Shown here: positions 22,470 through 44,626 of the stretch, one piece after another
Layout: each line of letters starts with the position of its first letter
Position numbering within the stretch: the first letter of the stretch is position 1
DNA from: Ancylonema sp.
Lineage: Eukaryota
Assembly (NCBI GenBank): GCA_050230475.1
Contig: JBFLGF010000004.1
Coordinates: 124,001 to 168,626 of the forward strand
Direction of reading: 5' to 3'
DNA length: 44,626 nucleotides
Notes under the pieces: model-generated
What the model was told of the DNA's origin: nothing
The model's database searches: none
The model's input: the letters and a program-made list of their open reading frames with translations, nothing else
Translations under genes and position numbers: made by a program

Positions 22470-25400
22470 TGTAACACCTTGGCAGACACTGCTTTGGTCA
22501 GCATATCAGCAGCCTGGTCTTCACTCCGTACAAACTGCAGATTGCTTTTTCTTGGTCACCCTCTCTCGAATGGAATGATACTTGATCTCGATGTGTTTGG
22601 GCGCTTGTAAAATAGGATTCTCAACAAGTTTCAAGGAACTCTCATTGTCTCCCAGCAATAGCACACTCCCCCCACCAATACCCAACTCTTTTTGCATCTG
22701 GCTCAAATAAATGGCCTCATTTCAGCAGCACTCAATGCCAAGTACTCACTCTTACAGCTCGAGTGTGTGACTGTATCCAGGAGACCTTTTCCAGCTCACA
22801 GCAGCACCTCCACTAAGAAAGACATAGCCAGTTTTCCCCTTCCTAGTGTCGACGTCGTCACCATGACTAGCATCTGAGTAGCCGATGACTGGCAAATCAC
22901 CTCCTTTCTTATACATCAGCCCCAAAATTACAGTTCCCTTGAGATATCGCAAAACTCTCTTTACCCCCTCCCAATGCTTGTCCCCTGACTGCTGACTGTA
23001 TCGACACAAGGAGTTAACAGCGGCTGCCAGATCAGGTCTTGTTCCGAAAGTGAGATACAGCAAACTGCCCATTGCAGACTTGTAGCCCACACCCTCTATT
23101 CCAGCAGATTCAGAAGCAGATTCACAGTTTGTAGAAAATTTTACACCCAGCTCAAGAGGAGTAGCAGCAGAATTGCAATCTTGCATCCCAAACTTGGTGA
23201 GGAGATCCCTGGCATATTTCTCTTGTACCAAAAACACGTTTCCATCAGACTGCCGTCGAATCTCAAGCCCCATCAATAATTTTGCTTCCCCCAAGTCTTT
23301 CATGTTATACTTCTTTCCCAGCCCTCTTTTCACCCCAAAAATAGCATCCAGCCTGATGCAGAGGAGAAACACATTATCCACATAGAGCGCCAAGTAGAGT
23401 GCTTCTGGCCCTGCTCCCAGAATATAAAGGTCAAAATCTGAAGCGAGACGATGAAACTGCAAGCTTTTCAGCACGTCGTCGATGTGCTGATTCCATCCTC
23501 TCGGTGCCTGCTTGAGGCCATACAAGCACCTGAGTAGTAGCCACACCAAATCTGCTTCACCAAGCCCACACGTGCCGTCAGGGGCCTTCATGTACACCTC
23601 CTCTTCCAGGGGTGCATGGAGAAAAGCTGTCGTTACATCCATCTGATGCATGTGTAGACCCCTGGAAGCTCCCATGGCAACAAGTTGGCGAATGCTCTCA
23701 AAACGAACAGTTGGAGAAAAGGTCTGATCGTAGTCCTCTCCCTCTACTTGACTGAACCCCTTAGCCACAACTCTTGCTTTGTATTTTTCTACAGAACCAT
23801 CTGCATTGAATTTGATTTTGAACACCCACTTTGACTTCACAACTTTCTTCCCCTTCGGCCTTGACACAAGTCGATAGACCTGGTTTTCTTGTAGACTCGT
23901 CATTTCTGCAGCCATTGCAGCTTTCCACTCAGCTGCTTGCGGGCTGTTAAAGAGCTTCCTCAACAGTCGTTGGTGTCTTTATCTCACTTTCCAAGTTGGC
24001 AACAAAAGCAGCAACAAATCTGTTGGGATGCATTCCTCTGCCTCTGTTCTCCCTTGTAGATCGACGAATAGGCTCAGGATCATCGATAGAAGTTTCTGGA
24101 AAGTTGACGCCAAGTGGATTAAAAGGAGTAGCATCATCTGGGTACCATTCTGGACCATCTTCCAGATGATCTTCGTCTGCATCGCCTCCACTAGAATTGC
24201 TGACAAGTTCTGGAAGATCTGCACTCTGAGGAAGAGGAGATAGCTGTGGCAATGGATTTCCGACAGCATCAGGGATCTCTTCATCGACAGAATTTGGATC
24301 GCCATAGGCAGGTTGCCCACCTCCAGAAATACCCCCTCCGAGACCAACACTACCCCCTCCTGCTCCTTGGTCAGCTGCATCCAGATCTGGCCATGACATT
24401 TTTGTTTCTGCAACTGGCTCATGCACTCTTGCCTTCTTGCCAATTTTCTGCCCCCTCCACTAGCTTTGCTTGACAGATTCATCGAAGTCTGCATGACCAG
24501 TGCCAACGTTGTGTACTTTGTTCGTTGCAGGATCCCAGACTCGGTAGCAAGGACTGTCGGAGTGTCGGGATTCCAACACACCAAGCCAAGCCAGTGCACT
24601 CATTTTCCCAGCCCGATCTTGTTTCTCCAGTCGCACATAAACTTTGCAGCCGAATGATCGAAGATGATCAATCTTTGGAACTTCTCCTGACCACATCTCC
24701 TCTGGAGTTTTTGGAAGTCCGCTGACTTGACATCGATTTCTGAGGTATGAAGCTAAGGAGATTGCTTCTGCCCACAGACCAAGAGGAAGTTGCATGTGCA
24801 AAAACATAGAGCGAGCCCTGTTTGCAACGGACGATTCATGCGTTCTGTGATTGCATTGCCTTGAGGAGTGTTTGGCGGAGTTGTCTCATGTCTGATGCTT
24901 CTGTTTTTTAGCCACTTCTGCAGACCACCATCGATAAACTCTCCTCCTCGATCTGATCTCAGATTTTTAACAAGTTTCCTAGCTTGTCTTTCCCAGATTG
25001 CGATCCATTGCTTCAGACGAGGAGCTGCATCATCCTTTGCTGCGAAGTATTTCCACCCAGGATTTTCGACTGTGTTCATCGACGAGCACCATGTTGTACA
25101 CCTCCTCCCCCTATTGATGCTGGATTAACGGCCTTGCCAAGTCCACCGACACTCTTCCTAGGCAGACTTGTTCTCCTGCACCACCTTCTCGTCGAGGATG
25201 AGGTTTGTCGTGTGCCTTCCCCAGCTTGCACCCTTCACAATTTTGCAGAACTCCTGAGATGCCTCCTTCCAGTCCTCGTACAAAGATGTTGTCGTGCCAC
25301 ATTTTTGAGCACTCTCTCATTTGCCATGCCCAAGTCTTGTGTGGAGGAGGTTGATTTCGACAGCAGCTACAAACAACTTCCCCTTCAGTAAGTTGCTGAT

Positions 25401-26893
25401 GTCGAACCGGTGTGCAGATGAGAGTTTTTCGACGTGTCGATGTTTCTTGCAGAGTGCAGACTTGTTGTCTTGATTTGCTGTAAATTGGAATGATGCCACC
25501 AGCTTTTCCACTGCAAGTGTAAGACCACCCTGCTTCTCTGGCTTTCTGACCGCTGAACAAATTAATGCGCATCCTAGGAATGTACAAACATTTCTTGAGT
25601 GTTACTCCTCCACACTCTCCCTCAGTATTCAACTCAATTGTTCCCCATTATTTCACTCGCACACTTCCGACCAGATGATGCATGATGACCTCGTGTGGAA
25701 TGTCTTCGAGGATTTTGAAAAGATTTTTCTGCCCACAGGAATGGTGACTGGAACCATCGTCGAAAAGGAAATCTTTGTCCGCATCATCATTATCTGCAAC
25801 ATTTCCATCAAAGATTTCAGCGATGATAGCTTCTCCATGACCACAGCTTTCCTCCTCATCGATTTCACCAACGTAAGCTGCTTGTCTCCCAGTGCGTACC
25901 CCCTTTCTTTGCCTTCGTGGAGCTTCGTTTTTCTTGTCGAAACACGTGAATTCCACATGACCAATGGCTCCACAATATCTGCATTCTTCGTTTTTCTTGG
26001 AGCAGTCTCTGCTGTAGTGACCTGTCTCTCCACAAGTATAGCAGGAATGCCCTCCACTTGATCCATTGCCTCCACCTCTGCCTCCACGCCCACCTCTGAT
26101 TCCACGCTTATCTGCTGAATACCCCCTGAATGTACCCCTGCCTCCACGATTGTCGATACCACCACCTCTGCCTTGGCTTGATTTTTTTTGTTGCGTTGAC
26201 CACTTAACATAGTTTGCCTCTACAACTAGTGCCTTAGCATCTTTGACATCTTTTTCTTTCTTGTCGTCCAGCTCATCCATTCCCATCTGCCCCCAGATCC
26301 AGCTGATCCCAGGTCTTTCTGTCCTCCATAATACAGCTTCTTCAGCATGCCGTATTTTGTTCTTGACATGCCGGCAAACAATGCCATCACTTGATCTTCT
26401 GCGTTGACTGGAAATTTTTGATGTACACACTCTCTGATGAGCGACAGAAAAGTATTCTTGATATCTCTGACTGGCATCTTTTCATCGATCTTGAAAGATT
26501 TCAGCTTTTCTTTTGCAATCTGTCGAAGTTCTGGAGACACCTTGTCATACTCCTCTGTCAGATAGTCCCACATCGCCGTTGGATCTCGTTCAAATTGTTC
26601 AAGTGATGTAGCGATGTCGTCACTAACAAATTGCATGAGTAGCATGACTGCCTTCTTTGATCTTTTAAGGAAGCTTTTGACATCAAGTGTATACTGCTCC
26701 ATTTTTGCTTCATTTGTTGGCCAGTGTTCATCATCATATCTGGCTGTAACCTCAGTTGGAATAGTCTTTGTTCCTTACATCTCAAGGCACTCAACATCAT
26801 CAAGAGTAGCTGAGGCCTTAGATCTCCATGCTTGAAAGGTAACTTTATCTCCATCCAGAATGCAGTACCGTGCTCTGAACTTTCTTCTGCCAT
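22470..26893 (-). pseudogene. Copia-2 gag-pol, frameshifted
   Basis: gag ILDGDKVTFQAWRSK..DPTAMWDYL; knuckles CYTCGETGHYSRDC and CRYCGAIGHVEFTC; PR FLFDDGSSHH; integrase LRSDRGGEF/QGNAITERMNR; RT KYKARVVAKGFSQVEGEDY/QMDVTTAFL/LYGLKQAPR/YVDN (catalytic YVDD mutated); RNase H GYSDASH..KHIEIKYH. Confidence 0.93.
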
Positions 26894-27319
26894 CGATGCA
26901 AGAATAAAGTTCACTTCTTCTTAATCACAATTCTCTCAGACAACTCTTGAATCGACAGATCACGTCACTACAAACGTTGACACAACAAAAGTGCAAGTTT
27001 GAAGTGGAAAGTCTGATTAAGGAATTCAGCATGCAAGCTCAGACCTAGTACAGTCGATTGCTGTCTGGTCAAAGAATCTGCCGGTATCGAAACTACTTCG
27101 TCAATTGCCAATCATATCTAAGCATTCTGCCACATCAACTAGTTCTTATCGACACTTGTGCCAGATGGCCAAGTAATCATTAAAACAAGGACGTCGGCCT
27201 GCAGCCGGCTGCAGCCTGCCAGCAGCCTGCATTTGCTGAATAACGACAAAACTAAAGCTAAATTCCCGGATTGCTAAAACGATATAACGACAAAAGTTCA
27301 CAGCCCCTAAAAACTAACA
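26870..27319 (-). repeat. Copia-2 5' LTR (inner boundary approximate)
   Basis: Begins TGTTAG on the minus strand at 27319. Homology to the 3' LTR extends through the putative gag ATG at 26893. Confidence 0.88.
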
Positions 27320-27475
27320 CATATATAATCGGTAGATGGGCACCCAATCGCCAATTGCCAACCGCCCAACCGTCGATTGGCCAACCACCATTTATAACAG
27401 AATAAACATGAGGCTAAGATTTAAAAACTTGATGAACTTGATGAACTTGGGTAAGACACTTTATCCCTTCTCCAA

Positions 27476-27506
<31 letters not shown>

Positions 27507-27588
27507 TTGGGTTGGGAAATTTCAAATTGACGCTTCAGAAATGTGCCCTATCGTGTCTCTACCGGTATGCAAATAAGTCACTACCGAT

Positions 27589-27949
27589 CATAGTCGCACG
27601 GACCCAGGGACCGGGGTTCCGAGGTTTCGATTCCGGACCGAGGTCCATCCTTCTAGGCCAAAATTCCGGACCAGCGGTAGTATGATACTCGGTTTTTCTT
27701 TCGGGAAGTTGAAAGGTTTACCGTGGAGAAAAAAATCCGGATAAACATATTTTGTTTATCGTTTTGGCTTGTGCATTGCGCATAAATGTAAGAAAAATGT
27801 AAATCTAAAAATTCCCCGACATGTCCATTCCCCCCCGAAATTGTAGGCAAGATAAAAACCCTGTGAATTTCCCGGTCCAACTGTGTCCTGACTCCGGGCC
27901 CGGTCCGACCGCGGTCTGAAAATCCAACTTGTCGGTCCGTGCAACTATG
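27589..27949. mobile_element. hAT MITE (361 bp)
   Basis: 16-bp TIR CATAGTCGCACGGACC / GGTCCGTGCAACTATG (1 mismatch). Perfect 8-bp TSD CTACCGAT (27581-27588, 27950-27957). Confidence 0.93.
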
Positions 27950-28875
27950 CTACCGATTGCCTTTCGCTCCATACTATATTCCTACCGCCCTACCCCCTCC
28001 CGATGCCCGACCGAGTTGGGCACTGCAATCGGTAGGAAGTCGAAAGGGAATATCAAACCTTAGAATTTCCCTACCCCAAGCGGAAAATGCGGAGTCATCC
28101 AAGGCCACCCAACCAGCATGCTTGACAACTCGTCCGATTGATTATTACCACGTTAGATGGCTCCGACCTGAGCGGAAAACCACCCCCCGGAACGGACAAC
28201 AAACGAGGAATACAATGCAGGGCGACACTTGCGGGGGCTACGGGCAAGAGACGGGGAAAAAAACCCTTAGGCTTGGATAATCGTTTTCTCCAACAATACA
28301 AAAATGTGGGTGATACTGTCAAAGGGTATCTACGATACGGGACCGAGATTGACCGCCACACAACTCCGATTCTTGACACCACATTGGCAGCTTCCACTTC
28401 GAAGCTATCCATATGCACGCCATGTAAACAAGTGGTCACACTCACAAGCACTGTCAATAAGAAGGGGCAAGGTCGACCTCTTACCTTATAAGGCATTATC
28501 ATCGAACAACAATGTGAACCACAAGCTGTAGTCACGATGACGTTGGTGCAAAAGCGGGCAATTGCAAGCCCACTTGTTTCATAGTAACAACAACCACACT
28601 TGCATGAGCGAGTAGACACCTTACGTCAACAGGTGCACCCCTCGCATCCGACTCGGGGCATGCAAATGTACAAAATTTATTCGACCTACGTCGACCAAAA
28701 TCGCATTGCCACAACACCGTAGTGCTGGCCGTCCAAAAACAAAAACGGAGAGCTTTAGTGACATACGTTCGCTTCAAATCGCTGCTCTTAACGGACAGCA
28801 GCAACACACAATTGTTGTCTAAAATGGGAGTCTTTCTCTTTCTCTTCAAACTTTACCCCTCCACTTTGCCCCTCT

Positions 28876-41080
<12,205 letters not shown>

Positions 41081-42262
41081 TTTGAATCGATCGTATGCTG
41101 CCTCTACCTGGAATTATGAGCAGACTCCCATCATATCGACTCTATCTCCAGGCTATACTAATTATACGCGCCTCACACGTACATCAGAAAGTTGCTAGGA
41201 TGAGTCGACTCTATATGGCTGTCGTCAGAGCTCGTCGATCTGACAGCGCAGTCAGGGTGCCTACCGCCCCAAGCAGACTGAACTCAGACTGCGTGAACTA
41301 AAAGGCAATTCAGTGAAATTTGTCTGAATAAATGCTGTGCCAATTATTAACCTGTCTAGTCTTATAGGAAATCTTCCGAGCATGTTCCTTTCCGAATTGT
41401 GGATAGGAGTGCATTTAGTGCATTGACTACAGTTGCATTCACGATTGTACCTTTTCTATTCTCCACCCTTTAAACTTGTGTTTTTCAAAACGTTTTGATT
41501 AGGCAATGATCCATAAAAGAAAATCTGCCAATCCGAAAATACTAAGCAATGATTTAGAAGAATGACTTGGGCGTGGTACCATTGGAGGCAAATATATAAT
41601 TTATATAAAATAAAGGCATCCGTTTTTTTTTTAAACCTTTTTTAATTGCTGAAATGATCAATCGTGGTCCAGATAATAATGTTACAGCATTTTAGGTGTG
41701 CTTAGTACGAAAAAGTGCTTTAAAAAAACTATAATTATGATACATGATATAAATACTTATATATCACATGGGGTCTCCTCAAATGGATCACTAGTAAATG
41801 AAGATTCATTGATCGTCGGACTGACTTAAAAGTTGAGTCGCTCAAATCGCGCCGAAAAAATCAGAATCTCGCTATCATACCTTTCTCAAGCTTCAAAATG
41901 CTAGCTACTTGCTATAGACTCGCAATAAGTCACAACAATTTGAGAAAACAAAATTATGTGGTACAATAATAGTGATAAGATTCGTAATGGACGAAGTGCA
42001 AGAAAAGGAGGAATGTTTTTTTTTTTTTTTTGAGATATGGAAGAATTTAGGTTATGCAAGAACACTTAGGGATTTTCAGGGGGCAATTGGGGGCTATTGA
42101 GAAAGATTTGAGGGCTCTTTTCAAAAACTTGCGAAAGAGAAATTGACAAAGATAAAGGAATCGAAGATGGAGGTATGGACTTGGTGTTGCTAGAGTCGCA
42201 ACTCCTTGTGTAGCAAAATTAATTGCACTCGGTACTTTGTGCGTGTTATGTAACAGAACGAG

Positions 42263-42767
42263 TGTTACGTATTTACGCTTTCCGCTAATTATCGATATTG
42301 TGCTTATCGAGAGTGCGCCTATAAGCTGGCTTGCTTATAGCGCGCGGCAACGCGAGGCCGGAGGCCTGTGCCGGGAACTTCAATTTTATTCGTTAGTACG
42401 GATATAATCGCGGTTCGCAATATAACAAAGTAATACGGTTCGGTGCGGTTCGGTGCAACTGTCTGAACCGGCAGTGGTGACAGACTGTGACGTCAGTCAA
42501 ACGTCAATGCGGAGTCCCGCATCGACATTTCATAGCTAGGTGCAGTCCTCCGGCATGAGCAACCGGAGTCAGCCGACGGGCTATCACGCTCTTTTAGAGG
42601 TTAGATCCCGCGGACCTCGCCTACTAGTGTATCCACGCCGAGACTGCAGAACACACAATGTGTGAAGTTCCTAGTTGATGTAGTTCTCGGGCACCACGTG
42701 GCGGTACGTTCGAGTCGTACATGCATTTAAATTGAACATAAGCATCGCCCTGGGGCAATACGTTTCA
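42263..42767 (+). mobile_element. 5' LTR (~505 bp) of a probably Ty3/gypsy-type retrotransposon
   Basis: Inverted termini TGTTACGTATT...AATACGTTTCA, directly followed by a PBS and gag-like sequence. No second LTR in the window. Confidence 0.7.
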
Positions 42768-42768
42768 G

Positions 42769-42780
42769 TGGTATCAGAGC
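42769..42780 (+). promoter_or_regulatory. Primer-binding site, 3' end of plant initiator tRNA-Met
   Basis: TGGTATCAGAGC, one base after the LTR-terminal CA. Confidence 0.88.
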
Positions 42781-42872
42781 AAAACACCGCTCTTGAGACT
42801 GTGCTTCAGACCGTAGGTTTTTGTAGGAGTCTGGGAGATGGGGTGATCGCATTTCTGCGCGCATTCAAAGAA

Positions 42873-43861
42873 ATGAGCATGCAGCCAGCACCTGCGCCTC
42901 TGGCAAACCATGGCGCGAATTCCGCACTTGTCTACACGCCTGGCCCGCGACCTGAGGATCTGCACGATTCTATCCTCGTTGGCGGAGTGACTTTTCCACG
43001 TCGACATGTCGCAGCCCCGGCGACCGTGGGACTTGCCAGACAGGCCATCATTGCGCTTGTGGTTTCACCCGCAATAGCTAACAACGCGCCCCCCATCGCA
43101 CTTGCGCCGCTGACCATCCCCGCACTGCGGCTCATCAACCCCGCGAACTTTCGGCCAGCCCGCCAGTATGCAAAGGCGCATATTCATCCGACGGGTGCGA
43201 CAGCCACCGGATCTGCGCAGCCTGCCAACCCTCGCCAAACTTTTCGCCAGATTCAGATAGACGCCAAGAGCAGGAAAAATTGGCAAAGAGGGAGGCCGAA
43301 CGTCACGCAAAGCTCAAGCGCCTGAACGACGACAGGAAGCAGCTCGGCTAATCACAACTTAATTTACCGAGGCCACCCGTTCCGAGCGCACCAACGACCA
43401 AGTCATCAGCGAGGGTCGTGGGAAATTGAACGGGGGCATCGGCAAAGTCCTAGAGGACAAGTTCTTCAAGCTCTCCACCTCGGGTATCGCCATCCCCAAG
43501 TGGGACGCCACAGGTGACTCACTCTAGCCGGAGTGGTTTGGTGGCGGGAACCAGCTGATACGACACAACAAACTCAATGAGAACGTCGGTATAAAGCTTC
43601 TCAAGTCGAAGCTTGGGGGGCGCCCCAAGGGTTTCTAGCCTGAGTACGAGGCCAAATGCTTTGTAAGGGTGCACACCCGTACATGTATTATTTATTTGAC
43701 CATCAAATGATGTTAGCCTATGGTCGGGTTTATGATTTGGGGCAGCACCGCGCTACTTTTGGGACCATGCAGCACAATGGTCCTCTGCACGACTTCCTGT
43801 TGGAAGAGCATGAGCATCTTGATAAGATGCCGGATGGCACTCGTCCTTTCGTGGAGGGGCG
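42873..43861 (+). pseudogene. Truncated, disrupted gag-like sequence (left arm of the inverted repeat)
   Basis: ATG ~90 nt after the PBS; Pro/Ala-rich N-terminus; coiled segment LAKREAERHAKLKRL; capsid-like IPKWDATGD..KLGGRPKGF..MLAYGRV..FGTMQHNGPLHDFLLE. Stops and frameshifts. Confidence 0.6.
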
Positions 43862-44437
43862 CATTGCCCATCTCCCCTAAAAGACGAGTACAATCTCGCA
43901 TCTTGTTTGGGATGCTCATGGTCTTCCAGTAGGACATCCTGTAGAGGACTATCCTGCTGCATGGTCCAAAAAGCATCGCGCTGCTGCTGCAAATCATTTA
44001 CCCGACCATAGGTTAACATCTTCTCATGGTCAAATAAATAATACAAATACGCGATGCATTTGTGCCTCGTACTCACGCAAGAAACCCTTGGGGCGCCCCC
44101 CAAGCTTCGGCATGAAAAGCTTCATGCCGACCTTTTCATCGAGCCCATCTTTCTCTATCAGCTGCTTCTCGTCACTAAAACAGTCCAGCCAGAGTGAGTC
44201 ACCTGTGGCGACCCACTTGGGGAAAGCGATACCCGAGGTGGAGAGCTTGAAGAATTTGTTCTCTAGGACCTTGCCGATGCCCCCTTTCAATTTCCCACGA
44301 CCCTCGCTGATGACGTGGTCGTTAGTGCGCTCGGAACGGGTGGCCTTGGTGAGCTTAAACTCTGCCTAGCCAAGCTGCTTCCCCTCGACGTTCAGGCGTT
44401 TGAGCTTTGCTTGAAGTTTAGCCTCCCCCTTTGCCAA
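43280..44437. repeat. Long imperfect inverted repeat (arms ~580 bp, 3-5 nt loop)
   Basis: 43280-43861 is the reverse complement of 43865-44437 throughout. About 80% identity in a 160-nt segment counted by eye. Centre GGGC-GCATT-GCCC at ~43863. Confidence 0.97.
43865..44437 (-). pseudogene. Second, inverted gag-like copy (right arm)
   Basis: Minus-strand ORFs LAKGEAKLQAKLKRL, GGIGKVLENKFFKLSTSGIAFPKW..KLGGRPKGFLREYEAQM and YYLFDHEKMLTYGRV mirror the plus-strand copy. Confidence 0.65.
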
Positions 44438-44626
44438 CACCTGCACCCCCTGCTGCTCCACGATCACCTTTGGAGCCCAAACTTCGGATGGAGGTGGAGA
44501 TGAAGGGGCCGGGCACAGCCTGTTAGGAGTGGAATAGAATGGAACTCCTAGCAATCGTTGCAAGTGCACACACAAGTATTCCTGCTAGGAAGACGTCCAG
44601 ATATTCCCTAAACACGTCCGTGATAA

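Larger units (their letters stand above)
21915..27319 (-). mobile_element. Full-length but decayed Ty1/copia LTR retrotransposon (Copia-2, 5405 bp)
   Basis: Minus strand termini TGTTAG...CTCACA. Perfect 5-bp TSD CATAT (21910-21914, 27320-27324). LTRs at 21915-22327 and ~26870-27319. gag-PR-INT-RT-RH order. Confidence 0.95.

Noticed and set aside
27960..28850. ORFs 28138-28491, 28095-28619 and 28532-28849
   Set aside because: No recognisable domain or splice pattern; probably GCN1 3' flank.
44520..44626. TGTTAGG... as the start of another LTR truncating the inverted gag copy
   Set aside because: Plausible, but the window ends before any confirming feature.

Overview
Eukaryotic, transposon-rich genomic DNA from the plant lineage, probably a streptophyte alga or early-diverging plant (inferred from plant-type tRNA-iMet primer sites and a plant-like GCN1; species not determinable). 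Three spliced host genes lie on the minus strand. They are a highly divergent cyclin-fold gene (~1.1-3.55 kb), a complete 5-exon, 108-aa CipC/DUF3759-family gene (18930-20242; a family mostly known from fungi) and GCN1/ILITHYIA (28876-41080), which has very G-rich introns. The first two are only visible after manual splicing. Between the genes are two decayed Ty1/copia elements. Copia-1 (9318-16000) has a half-tRNA-iMet primer site and many micro-duplications. Copia-2 (21915-27319) has a CATAT target-site duplication (TSD) and its gag ATG lies inside the LTR. There are also nested hAT elements/MITEs with 8-bp TSDs and intronic Tc1/pogo-type MITEs. At the right end an LTR + PBS + gag runs into a ~1.15-kb, practically spacer-less inverted repeat of two ~80%-identical gag copies, a candidate LTR-driven hairpin-RNA silencing locus. 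All calls are by eye; no searches were run.
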